This document shows positions 27,013 to 38,741 of a stretch of 64,000 nucleotides of DNA, piece by piece; position 1 is the first letter of the stretch; each line of letters begins with the position of its first letter. Origin of the DNA: Lama glama. Its lineage: Eukaryota. Location: the NCBI GenBank assembly GCA_028534125.1, contig CM052816.1, forward strand, positions 1,178,001-1,242,000, read 5' to 3'. Position numbers and translations under genes: made by a program. The notes below the pieces were generated by a model that saw nothing but the letters and a program-made list of their open reading frames with translations, was not told where the DNA came from and searched no databases.

Positions 27013-28360
27013 TGAGACAGGAGGGAAGGGGGCAGGGCACAGTCATTAAGGGAATGACTCAGCAGTTAGCACCAAGACGGCTGAAAACTCAACTCCCAGT
27101 AGACCCGGAGGCCCAAGGTGGCGGGAGATTTGACTTCCAATGGCCCTTGAGCTTCATTATACACTCACTGTAATGTATCAGCATGGGGAATGACACTCCT
27201 ACAGGTGCCATGACAGTTCTCAGGCTGACCATAAAAGGTCTGAAAGAGGGTGGTGGCCCAATTCCTGGGAATCCCTGCCCCTTCCCCAAAATATTTGGAA
27301 TAATCCTCCCACTTGTTAGCATATGAAGCTGCTGAGCACATAAAAACTAATAACGCTGTGTCTCGTGGCTGCTCCCTCCTGAGTGAGATGGCCCTCACTC
27401 TGTGGATTGTGTATCTACTTTTACTTTATTTTTTTTAATTTATTTATTTTTTGGCATATATATTTTATTATTAACATTTAGTCAGTTTACAATGTTGTGT
27501 CAATTTCTAGTGTACAGCGTAATGCTTCAGTCATACACGAACATACATATATTTGTTTTCATACTCTTTTCACCATAAGTTACTACAAGATACTGAATAT
27601 AGTTCCCTGGGCTATACAATATGAACTTAAACTTGTTTATCTATTTTATATATATTAGTTAGTATCTGCAAATCTCGAATTCCCAATTTATCCCATCTCA
27701 TCCCCTTCCTCCCCGGTAACCATAAGATTGTTTTCTGTGTCTGTGAGTCTGTTTCTGTTTTGTAAATAAGTTTGTTTGTCTTTTTTTTTTTTTTTTTTTT
27801 AGATTCCACATGTAAGTGATATCATATGGTATTTTTCTTTCTCTTTCTGGCTTACTTCCTTAGAATGACATTCTCCAGGCCCTCCATGTTGCTGCAAATG
27901 ACATTATTGTTTTTTATGGCTCAGTAGTAGTCCCTTGTGTAACTATACCACAACTTCTTTACCCAGTCATCTGTCGATGGACATTTAGGTTGTTTCCATG
28001 TCTTAGCTATTGTAAATAGTGCTGCTATGAACATTGGGATGCAGGTGTCTTTTTGAATTAAGGTTCCCTCTGGATATATGCCTAGGAGTGGGGTTGCTGG
28101 ATCATATGATTACCTACTTTTACTTTAAACTAAACACCCAACCCTGCACCTTGTGGCCTTTCTCTGGCCTTCTGAGATGGCCTGCACTTGGCCTATGGAG
28201 TGTGCATCTCTCTGAATAAATCTACTTTTACTCTACTATGGCTCGCTCTTGAATCCTTTCCTTTGAGAAGCCAAGAACCCTCACTTGGTGGAGTGAGTCC
28301 CAGGGACTCAGCCGAGGCCTGGGACACGGCCATTCTCTCATGCCCCGTTTTCCTGTATCA
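27013..28360 (+). mobile_element. ERV1-class solo LTR (MER41-like), split by an L1 insertion
   Basis: TG...CA termini with a 4-bp AAAA TSD. AATAAA at 28215-28220. ccatgacagtt and ttcctgggaatccctgcccctt...gaataatcctcccacttgttagcata resemble MER41. Confidence 0.75.
27429..28113 (-). mobile_element. Young 5'-truncated LINE-1 nested in the LTR
   Basis: Antisense L1 3' end. Perfect 14-bp TSD ctacttttacttta at 27415-27428 and 28114-28127. Confidence 0.92.
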
Positions 28361-28994
28361 AAAAGAAGGGGGGAAGGACTTTAAAATAGAAGAGTGGCCT
28401 TTCTTGAGAAAGAGCAGCTTTGCCTGTTTAAAGGCGCTGTACTTTTTTAGCAAAGAAGAATAGTTTTAATAGCTGTTGCATTAAAACATGGTCCTCTTTA
28501 GCCAGCAAAATTTGGCCTCGTCTCTGAGTCTAGGTTTAGCTCCCAAATGGGCAGCAAGTGATCCTGAATGAGTCTGTTAAGTGGGCATCTTGCCAGGCAT
28601 GAAGGGCTGTTGAGGGGATTAGCTGGGAGCCGTACATAAAGCAGCCTGTCTAGCAGAGGGGGCAGCCCTGGGCCTGGGCGTGAGAAATGGGCAACACAGG
28701 CTTTTTCTAGAATCCCATTCTGTGCCATTTATCTTTCTGTCTAAGAATTTTTCTGAAGGTGCTGTAAATGTTGATGCTCTTTAGAGCTGCACAATGCATT
28801 CATAGGGGTTCATTATAACGTTTTCTCTGTTGGGAGGGCTATATTTTAAATTTTCCAAAATAAAGAGTTTGGGTATTTTTTTTTAAAGCAATTAAAAATA
28901 TTAAGTCTCTCGAAAAGTTAGGAATCCTATTTGGTCTGCTTTAAGGCTTGGTTGTCAAGACATTAGTTGCAAGAAGAAAGAGCCAGTCTTTTGA

Positions 28995-29240
28995 ACAGTC
29001 AATTCATAGAGACAGAAAGTAGAGAGGTGGTTACCAGGGTGGGGAGGGGCGACAGGGGGTTGTTTAATGGGTATAGAGTTTCAGTTTTGCAAGACAAAGA
29101 GTCCTGGAGATTGGTTGCATTATAGTGTGAATGTACTTAATGCCGCTGAACAGTACAGTTAAAAATGGTTAAAATGGTACATTTTATGTTATGCGCATTT
29201 TACTGCAGTTTTTTTAAAATGCTTTTTTTTTTTTTTAAAG
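28995..29240 (+). mobile_element. Old LINE-1 3' UTR fragment
   Basis: aattcatagagacagaaagtagagaggtggttaccagg...aatgggtatagagtttcagttttgcaag. Confidence 0.75.
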
Positions 29241-30344
29241 AAAAAGAAGAGCCAGCCTCTGAGTGTCCCTCCTGAGGCTTGCTGGGTTGCAGAGTCTGGC
29301 CAGCATGGCCTAGCCTGTGGTTAAGTGTTCAGGCTACTTGACACCTGAAACTAACACCATATCGTAAATCAACTATATTTCAATTTAAAAAAGAAAGAGT
29401 TTAGACTTGACAGACACATGGTCATCAGTCCACTAACTGACTATGTGACCGGCCAGGAATGGCCCAGGCTCTGTGTGCACCAGCCCCTGGGAGTGGTGGA
29501 GCAGTGCGTCAGCTGGTGTGCAGAGCATCCTCAAACCTGCATGCTCACCAGTGCCCCCGGCACTGAGGGCTCACGTGCGTGCGCCTGGCCTCCCAGATTC
29601 AGGCGAATGCTTTGATATGCTCAGGGTTTTCCTTTCACCTTAGTATGTTGATGGTGCTCCCAACTGTTCAAGTTCGGGGCAGTATGAATATCCAAAAAGA
29701 CAAGTGTAGAAGAAATGGTAGACTTGTTAAAAATTCCTTTTTTCAACCCCAGTGTAATCACTGATATCAGGAAAGGATCATTTGTGGATGCCAGATCGCT
29801 GAGTTAAAGGTCGTTGGGACACAGAATATTCACTTAGTCTCTAGGTGTCACCTCACAGGTGAATGGTACCTTTAAAATGGAGAGATCTGGTGTCATCACC
29901 TTAAACAGGCAATCAAACGTAGCATCACTGTTGCTGCGACAAACTGACGTTATAAAACCCCTGATGTGATCTGGTAAGAAGGACAAAATGTCACCTCTAT
30001 AGGGTTCTTGCCCAAACTGATCATGAGGAGACAATCAGGCAATCCAGAATATGAGATATTGTACAAGACTGCTGGGCCTGAATTCATCCAGTCTGTGTCA
30101 CAAAAAGCAAACAAAGGGGACTTAAGAGACATAACAGACACCATGTGTTGCCTTGTCAGATCTGAATCCAAAAAACAAAAGTTATAAAGGCATTTTCGGG
30201 ACTCTTGGGGAAAGTCGGATGTGGACTGAATGTTAGAAAATGTTATTGCATTAATGGTGATGTTCTTGGGATTGCTAATAGCAGTATGATTATGTAGGAA
30301 AATGACCTCAGGGATGGATGCTGAAGTAGCCAGGGGTGGCAGGT

Positions 30345-30384
30345 CATGTCTGCAACTTAATTAAAATGGGCCAGTAAAACCAAT

Positions 30385-30422
<38 letters not shown>

Positions 30423-30516
30423 TGTGGCTCCATCATGTCTGCAACTTAATTAAAATGGGCCAGTAAAACCAATATAACACACACACACACATACACACAC
30501 ACTTGTGTGGCTCCAT
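30345..30516. repeat. Tandem duplication (89 + 83 bp), each unit containing a (CA)n microsatellite, inside an old L1-like fragment
   Basis: catgtctgcaacttaattaaaatgggccagtaaaaccaatataa(ca)n-cttgtgtggctccat occurs twice head-to-tail. Confidence 0.95.
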
Positions 30517-31644
30517 GTCAGCAATTGGTGAATCTGGGGAAGGGTCATCTGGGTTCATTGTTCTGTTGTTTCGACTTTTCCGTGGATTTGAAAATTTCCC
30601 AAATGAAAAGCACATCAAACAAGTTGAAAAGAGTCTCTGGCTCTTGTCTGACTTGAAAAAACTCAGCCTTCTGTTCCCCCGCCCCTCCTGGGACCTGCCT
30701 GAGCACTTCCAGGCATCTGTTGTCTGTGCCCTTTGTCAGTAAGGAGCAAGCAGCTGAGTGGCGGTGCTTGGTGATGGTGGGCTGGGGACAAAGGGTCAGT
30801 CTGCTCACAGTCATGGGAGGAGGGAGGAAACGTCCGCCGGGCACGTGCAACACCAGGAAACTCATAAAATCTTTGCTGGCTGTGAAATGTATTGTGCTGG
30901 GGAAGAGTCACTAGGACCGGGAGCTGTGAGGTCCCTAAGTGTGGAGCTGAGTTCTCGCATGAAATTTTTCTCTGAGCCTCCGGGGCCCCGAACAGAGCCT
31001 ACGTGGGAGGATCCAGTGTGTGTCCAGCACAAGGCCCGGTGTCTGGCCTGGCAGGAGGGCTCTGTCCATTTCTGTGTGCTGGACACTCCCTCCAGCATCT
31101 CCCATCCTGCGTAGCCATGCTTTCTCCGCATGGGTCATGTTCCTAGAGAGCAAACGAACCCCCTTGGGGTTTAGCACTGTTAGATCCAGAGCCAGCTCTG
31201 CCCTGCTCTGGCCTGCAGTGCGGTGGGTCCCCAAGAAGCCCCCCTCACCCAGTGTGGGGAGCAGACGGAGCAGGTGAATTCAGATTCCTCAGTAATCCGT
31301 GGCCCCTTGCATTGGAGGGTAATCCTCTTGGGCCTGGTGGCTGGGGGAAAATAACAGATCCCTGAAAGCTTTGAAAAGCCCTGAGGGCAGGGAGAAACTA
31401 ATCTGATTGAGCACATCTGCCCATCGGAATAGACTGCTGGCTGCCAGCAAGGCCGTGGAGGGATCTCGGTGCCACAGCCAGCACGGTGCACAGCGCCGTG
31501 TCTCTGCCAGAGCCGTGACCTTGACCCCGCCACCTTCTGCTCCGGGAAGGAAAGAGCTCATATCTGTTGAGTGCCTGCAAACAGCATTGACTCAAGTCAA
31601 CCCAAGGTTCAGGAAAACCTTGACAATTTTGCAAAACATATTTT

Positions 31645-31806
31645 TTTTCTTTTTCTTTTTATGAGGGGGTGGTAATAGGTTTGTTTGTTTATTTATTTAT
31701 TTAATTGAATTAATTTGTTTATTTTTAATGGAGGTACTGGGACTTGAACCCAGGAACTCATGCATGCTAAGTATGCACTCTACCACTGAGCTATATACCC
31801 TCCCCT
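31645..31806 (-). mobile_element. tRNA-derived camelid SINE
   Basis: atggaggtactgggacttgaacccaggaactcatgcatgctaagtatgcactctaccactgagctatataccctcccc. Confidence 0.9.
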
Positions 31807-32831
31807 TCTTTCTTTTTAAATTGCAGAAAGAATACATGAATCATTGGAGAAAAAATTAGGGAATACAGATAATCAAAGAGCATCAGAGAACAATTCAAAT
31901 GGCCTACAATTCACCTTTCCAGAGAGAACCATTCATTCTCTCAAGGAATATCCATCGGGCACCTGCTGTGTGCCGGGACTGTGCTGGGTGGGACCTGGTT
32001 CCTGTCCTCCTGGAGTTCAGATCTGTTAATGACCTGCTAATGGCCAGGTGGTGGCCACCGATACTAGCACTTGAAATTAAACAATCTGAGTGTGAGCAGT
32101 GCCCTGAAGACACTGAGCAGCCTCTGAACTGAGCTCTGGAGGGCACCTGATAAAGTGGGTGAGGGGATGACCTCTCCCAGCCAGAGGAGGGGTCAGATTC
32201 CTAGTGTCTGGATCCAGGCTTGGGGGCGGAGTGGGGCCGTGAGGCTGGGGAAGGTGGCGAGGCCTGGCCAGCAGGCCCCACCCAAGGATTTCGGCGGACA
32301 GGGGCCTCTTGCCCTTGGGAAAAGGGCAGCTCTGTCCTTGCCTTTTCTTGCCCGAGTTGCCCTTGTACAAGGCAAGGCCAGGTGTATGCTTTGGAGACAG
32401 TGCAATGCCAGGTCCAGCTCCTGCCAGACCGGACCCGGGAAGGAGGTGAATGCGGGTTGCTGTAAGCCGCTTTGGACCTGGTCAGCAGTCATTTCTGCTC
32501 CTACCTGGCAAAGACCAGGGCCTCACGTCATCATCTCTGCCCACACACTGGGCTGTTGCCTGGCTCCCTGAGAGCATGGAGATGCAGGCTTCCCAGAGTC
32601 GGTGTTTCATTTCTCAGTGACGTCTTTCGAGGCCTTGGTGAGGAACGCGTTGCATCCGCTGTTGGGCAGCCTGCAGTGGTTGCTCCCTTATCTCTCAGAG
32701 AGCGCGGGCGTCTGCTGAGAACTGGGTCAGGAGGCGCCGGCGGTTGTGCACAGGTGTTCGAGTGCTTTGTCTGCTGTTCCTCGGCGGCGAATGTGTGCGT
32801 GAGCTCAGCTGGGTCGCCCACTGCCTCTTCT

Positions 32832-33300
32832 TGCTACCGAATGCAAGTGCATGTGCCCGATGCACAGTGAAGCTGACCAAACCGAAACGTCGGGGTCTGG
32901 AGCAGAGGAAGGTGTATTGCAGGGCCGAGTGAGGAGAATGGGTGGCTTGTACCCCAAAACCCAACTTCCCGAGAAGTTTTTCAGGGAGAAGTTTTTACAG
33001 GCAAAACTTGGGGTGAGGGCTGCAGGGTGTGTGACTTTCTCCTGATTGGCTGGTGGGGAGGTAACGGGGTGGTGCTCCAGGACTCTTGTGCTCTGCCTGA
33101 AGTCGCAGTCCTCCCCCTGGGGGCCTTAGATCTGGCAGAAGAACTCAAGATATTGTTATGTATGTTCCTCGAGGAGGAACCAGGACCCTGCTCCACAGCT
33201 GCACCCTTGTTTAAGTGTTCCTCCCTTGTCGCTACACTCCCTCCCTTCCTGACCAGCAACTGTGAGGTTGAGCTTGGAGGCCAAGGTGACCGGACCAGGA
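32832..33300 (-). mobile_element. ERV LTR fragment (Laurasiatherian ERV1-like)
   Basis: cccgatgcacagtgaagc...aaaccgaaacgtcggggtctggagcagaggaaggtgtattgcagggc...ctgattggctggtgg is an antisense LTR-type signature. The right boundary is uncertain. Confidence 0.6.
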
Positions 33301-33855
33301 GACCAGGCCTGGGGGTGCACCATCTAATGTGTGTGTCGGGCAGTACGAGGGGACTGCGGTCAGGGAAGACTTCCAAGAGCCAGTGACTTCGAGGTGAAGG
33401 ACACGGTGAGGTTGGCGGAGTGAGGTGGGGAGGGAGCAGGATGCTCCGGGCAGAGGGGCTGCACAGACGACGGCTTGTCAGCAAGGAGAGCAGGTGCCTT
33501 CAGAGAGCTTCAGTGGCAGAGGCCACAGCCAGGTGTGCGTGGTTTCCCCCGAGTGAGGGGGTTAAGGCCAGATTCCCCAGCAGCTCCCCCTGCGGAACCT
33601 CCCACAGCGGAGGCTGCCCCTGGGGCCTTCCACAGCTGCTGACTGTGAGCCCTCGGTCCCCTTGACCCTTGGGCGGGATCACGCAACGCTCATGTTTAGT
33701 TTTTGTTATATCCAGCTCCATGTGACTTTGTTTCATGCAACTTATTTCCAGGACTTTCCTATATGTGGTCATTGTTCCTTTAGTACTTCCTGAGCTGGTG
33801 ACATGTTTGTCCATGGAGTGTCACGTCTTTTTGCCACCGTCCATTGATATGAATG

Positions 33856-34210
33856 TATTCCAGTTATCTGTTCCTGCAAAATGAATCACCCCAAAACTTG
33901 GTGATTTAAAACAACAGTGACGTGGGCTGTTTGGTGGTTCCTGTGCTGGTTTCGCCGGGGCTCATTCCACTCCTCAGACGGTTGCTGGAGGATCCGCTGG
34001 GCTGGAAGGTTCAGGGTGGCCTCGAGCACACGTGTGAGAGGCGGTGCTGGCTGTTCCCGGGGCACCTGGGCCCTCCTCCTTGTGGCCTCTTCTCCCCCGA
34101 GAGGCTAGACCTGCCTCCTTACAAGGCAGCCTCAGAATGGTGCTCACAGGGGTGAGGGCAGAGGTTGCAAGACTTCTTAAAGCCTTGCCTTGGAAGTCAC
34201 ATGGTGTCAC
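33856..34210 (-). mobile_element. MaLR LTR (MLT1-like) fragment
   Basis: atcaccccaaaacttggtgatttaaaacaac...gccttggaagtcacatggtgtcact. Confidence 0.65.
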
Positions 34211-34211
34211 T

Positions 34212-34600
34212 TTTTTTTTTTGTTTTCCAGTTTTATTGAAGTATACTTGGCATACCGCATTAGTTTTAAGGTGTAAACAACATAATGGTTTGATATACGC
34301 ATCTACTGTGAAATGATCAATACGTTTTAGTTAACATCCATGAGCTCACACAGTTTTTTTTTTCCTTATGATGAGAACTTTTAAGATCTACCCTCCTAGC
34401 AACTTTCAAATATACAATACATTGTTATTAATGTCGTCCCTCTGCTGCACATCACCTCCCCAGGACTAATTTATCTTGTAGTGGAAGTCTGTACTTTTGA
34501 CCATCCTCACCCATCCCCTGCCCCTCCGCAGGCAACCCCCGGTCTGTTCTCTGTACCCATGAGCTTGGTTTAAGATTCCACATTTAACTGATACCACAAC
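34212..34600 (-). mobile_element. LINE-1 3' end fragment
   Basis: poly(T), then ttttattgaagtatacttg...gatgagaacttttaagatctaccctcctagcaactttcaaatatacaatac. Confidence 0.75.
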
Positions 34601-35037
34601 TAAGAACCCGTTGACAGAGTTTAAACTCAGTATTGAAGATAGTGGGGAGTCACCGAAGGGCTTTTCCCCGCCTGGAGGGGCAGGACCAGATTTGCAAGGT
34701 CACTGTGACTACGGCCCCCTGACCAGTCCTAAGGTGGAATTAGTGAGGACCAGACGGGAGGGCCACCTTAGTCCCCAGGCCTCACCGCTGTTGCTAACTG
34801 CTGTGGAGCACCTTCCGTGCTCCATGTGCTGGTGTGAACATTTGGGGTACGTTTTCTCGTTGAATCTAACAGAAGCTTTAGGAGGTATAGGTCCCACTTT
34901 ACAGATGAGCAAGCTGAGGCACAGAGAGGGTGCAAGATCTGTGCATGATCACGCAGCCGGAAGCGATGGCATGGGGATGCGAGCCCAGGTGCGACAGATC
35001 TGGAGTGTGTGCCTTTGGGCTTCTGCTTCTCCCTCAG

Positions 35038-35340
35038 GTAAGTTCGAGGACAGGGAAGACCATGTCCCCAAGCTGGAGCAGATAAACAGCACCAGGATCC
35101 TGAGCAGCCAGAACTTCTCCCTCTCCAAGAAGGAGCTGCTAAGCACAGAGCTGCTGCTGCTAGAGGCCTTCAGCTGGAACCTCTGCCTGCCCACGCCCGC
35201 CCACTTCCTGGACTACTACCTCTTGGCCTCCGTCAGCCAGAAGGACCACCACTGCCACAGCTGGCCCACCACCTGCCCCCGCAAGACCAAAGAGTGCCTC
35301 AAGGAGTACGCCCGCTACTTCCTAGAGGTCACCCTGCAAG
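35038..35340 (+). CDS. CCNJL: Cyclin J-like, internal coding exon (303 nt, phase 1-1)
   Basis: ccctcag|GT AAG TTC GAG ... CTG CAA G|gtgggc. Encodes (S)KFEDREDHVPKLEQINSTRILSSQNFSLSKKELLSTELLLLEAFSWNLCLPTPAHFLDYYLL...YFLEVTLQ. Confidence 0.96.
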
Positions 35341-36703
35341 GTGGGCCTGGTGTCGGAGCCTGTCTGCCCATCTTACCTGCACAGGGGCGGCGGTCCAGGG
35401 GCTCCGAGAGGCCCGCACCCAGGGAGTCCTTCCTAATGGGGGGGGGGCGCATCCACCCAAATCACCAGGTCACTCCCCCACTTGGCAGAGATAAGCAGAG
35501 AAGGAGCGAGGATGTGCCCCGTGGGTTAGCAGTAACGTGTGAAAGAGAAATAGCAGCTTATATGCAGGCGGCCAGCTGGTAGCCTGCTTGTTTACTGACC
35601 AGCTGGTAATTTTTTATACGTTAACCTGGAACATGGCAAGTGATCTAAATAGCACAGATTCACAGGTAGGTCATTCTGGGAGAGCTAGAGTCATACAGGT
35701 AGGGTGGGAGAGAGGACTATGTTCCCAGCTGCTTTAGCAATAGAGTTACTCTGTTTATTTGAATCTCATCTTCCCGATGTCTTAAAATCTAGATATTAGG
35801 GGGGAAAAATCTAGATATTAGGTAAAAATACTAGGTCATTTGAACCTCATGACGACTCCACATGAAAATCATTTCTGCTGTTCTCATTTTTAAAAATCAG
35901 TTTCCTTTATGGATACTCGAGAGATGAAGTAACTTACACAAGATCATTGCTAGCGTTTGGACCTGGGGAGTCTGACCCTGCGTCTGTAACCTGGGTGATG
36001 CACGCTTTAACAGGCAAACATTGAAGTCTTTGAAAATCATGAACAATTTAAAACAGCATAGTAATACCCTGATAACCGAGTGTCCTTCCTGAAAATTGTG
36101 GGAATTTCAGCAGCTTGCCTTTTGCATACATACGTAGTGCCAGCTTTACCGTGTTGTTAGATATCTTAGTAGGACGTGAAGATTTCTCAGATCATTTCAC
36201 TATGTGCACATGTGCCAAAACATCACATTATACACCTTAAGTATGTACAGTTTTTATTTTTCAACCATACATCAACAAAGCTGGGAGGGGGAGAAAGAGT
36301 CCTCAGTAAACGTAAGTCAAGGCCCAGATTTTTACTGAGTGCCTACTGTGGGCCAGGCCTTGTCACTATTAATAAGGAGCCTGCAACTGGAAGGACAGAT
36401 GTTTGGCGGGTCTGCTTGTAGCCCGCCAGCAACCCCTTGCAGCTCCTGGAAGACAGGGGACAACATTTTGAAAATCACTGCTTTAGGCTGACGGCAGAAA
36501 TCCCAGACTGCGAGCCAAGGTGTTTTAAGATTCAAGAGCGGAGCTTCACGCTGTACTGAGCTCTCATCGTGTGTGTATGTGCAGTGAGCAACCTTGAACT
36601 TAATCATTTGTCTACCAATTCCCGGGAGACACCAGGCAGGAGGGGCCCCGGGACTCCAGGGCGTGGCTTTATGACGCTGACTCCCTCTGTGATTCTCCTT
36701 CAG

Positions 36704-36863
36704 ATCACATTTTCTACAAATTCCAGCCTTCTGTGGTCGCTGCAGCCTGCGTGGGGGCCTCTAGGATTTGCCTTCAGCTTTCTCCCTCCTGGACCAGAGA
36801 CCTGCAGAGGATCTCAAGCTACTCCCTGGAACATCTCAGCACGTGCATCGAAATCCTGCTGGT
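36704..36863 (+). CDS. CCNJL: Cyclin J-like, internal coding exon (160 nt; cyclin C-terminal fold)
   Basis: ccttcag|AT CAC ATT TTC TAC AAA TTC CAG CCT TCT GTG GTC GCT GCA GCC ... CTG CTG GT|gtaagt. Encodes (D)HIFYKFQPSVVAAACVGASRICLQLSPSWTRDLQRISSYSLEHLSTCIEILL(V). Frame is continuous with both neighbours. Confidence 0.95.
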
Positions 36864-38317
36864 GTAAGTTCCTCTCCTGATCCTTCCGTGTTTCTGAAAT
36901 GTCGAAGTTCCACTTGCTCGTGAGGCCCAGGAAAGTGGGCCACGGTAACTGCTGATGGAGTTGGGGTTTGGGGGCTCAGTCCTTCCTATTTCGCCTAGCT
37001 TTGGGTTTGCCGTTTTCAGGTTGGGGGTGAGGGGGACACGAGGGGCTTCTGAGTGTTGGCTCTGGGATTGATCCAGCGTATCCGTCCGTCTTCTGAGATC
37101 GCACTGAGAGACTCGCATTATAAGCGGCTTTTCTCTGAAGTGGACACAAAGTCGACTCCCAGACAGCTGAGCCCAGGGTGGCTTCGCACAAGAGGCCACA
37201 GCCTCCTTGCAAGGGCCCCTGGGAATCTGGGGGAGGAAATGCTCAGTGTTTCAGAGAGGATGCTTAAAGCATCGCAGATGCACACCATGAAAGTAGAGGC
37301 AAAAGAAGTCAGCAGTAACCTCGGGGAGGAGGGCAGAGTCCAGAAAGCTCCTGATGGCTTCCGCCTGATGGCTGGCAGCATCTCCTGGTTGCTGGCCCCG
37401 CTGACCACAAGGCCAGGCGCCTGAAGAGCCAGCTCAGCCTCCTGATGCAGCTGCCTGTCTCAGTCCTCGTAATCGGTCCTGCTTGCTAGCCTGTATTTTA
37501 AAATCTTTGCCTTTTAGAAGGTCCCCAAAGCCGGGGAACCTTCTGGTTTGAGTGAGGATGGGTGCCCCTGGGTACTGAGCCACCGGCCTTGCCTCTGCCT
37601 CTTCACCACGGCTGTCCCTCTGTGGTAGCCCCCTTCTCAGATCTGCTGCAGCCTCCACTTTCTCCTTTCTTACAGAAGCCTCTAATTGATTGGTTTCCCC
37701 AAAAAGCCTTCTTATGGGAAGCTTTGGGGGGTTTTTTTGAGGTGGAAAAAAAACCTGTTCCATCTCCCTTTTCAGAGGGAGACACTTAGGTCCCTGGGGG
37801 CAACCTGCTTGAAGTCTGCAACCTCAGGAGCGAGCCAGCCGGGGATGGAGCTGCCAGGAAGTGGCTTGAAGGCAAAGGTTGAGTTCACCTAAGCCCTGGG
37901 AGCTCTGCCGTCTCGGGAAGGTGCTTTGCCCAGTGTGGGGGGTTCAGTGATGAGCAAACGCGAACGAGTCTTCCCTCTCGGGGCTTGGACTCTGCAGGAG
38001 GGGCCCAGTGGTGACCTGGAAGTTGCCGCCTGCAGTGTAGACTGCCGAGGTGGGCCATGCAGGGGCTGCAGGGACAGCTGGCTCATCTTGAGGGGTCAGA
38101 AGAGGGCTTTTGTAGGAAGCAGGTCCAAGCTGAGACCTGAGGCCGGAGTTTAGTCGGAGAACCGCTGAGGCAGTGGTACTGGCGGTGAGCACAGGCCGGG
38201 TGCAGCCCGGCGGTCGTGGCACACACAGCTCGTCGCATCCCACTCAGCTCAGCAAAGCAGCTGTGTGGTGCTGTGGCCTCAGACCTCCCGAGTCTCACCC
38301 AAGTCCTTTTCTTTCAG

Positions 38318-38741
38318 AGCTTATGACAACGTCCTCAAGGATGCCGTCGCGGTCAAGAGCCAGGCCTTGGCGATGGTGCCCGGCACACCCCCAGCCCCCA
38401 CCCAAGTGCTGTTCCAGCCGCCCACCTACCCCCGCCTCAGCCAGCCAACAGCGACAGCCCTGGCCCACTTCCAGACCCCCGTGCGGGACCTGTGCTTGGC
38501 CTACCAGGACCCGCTGCTGCCCCCCCATTCGGGGACCCTGCTCTCAGGGGGCACCGGCTCGTCCCTCCACGCCCTGTACCCCGCCCTGCCGCCCCTGGAC
38601 GTGTGTCCCGTGGCCCTGCCCGCGTCCCTCGGCATGCAGATGGCCATCACCTCTGAGCCCAGGCACTGCCTCGCCGCCACCTATGGGAGCAGCTACTTCA
38701 GCGGGAGCCATGTGTTCCCTGCAGGCTGTTTCGACAGATAG
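38318..38741 (+). CDS. CCNJL: Cyclin J-like, terminal coding exon (424 nt including TAG)
   Basis: ctttcag|A GCT TAT GAC AAC GTC CTC AAG ... TTC GAC AGA TAG. Encodes AYDNVLKDAVAVKSQ...YGSSYFSGSHVFPAGCFDR*. Confidence 0.96.

Noticed and set aside
30345..30516. Repeat-spacer-like array (CRISPR-like)
   Set aside because: Only two units, no unique spacers, mammalian context. It is a simple tandem duplication.
34611..35582. 323-aa ORF as a single-exon gene
   Set aside because: Only 35038-35340 is cyclin-like and bounded by canonical splice sites; the flanks are intronic, including MIR-like sequence.
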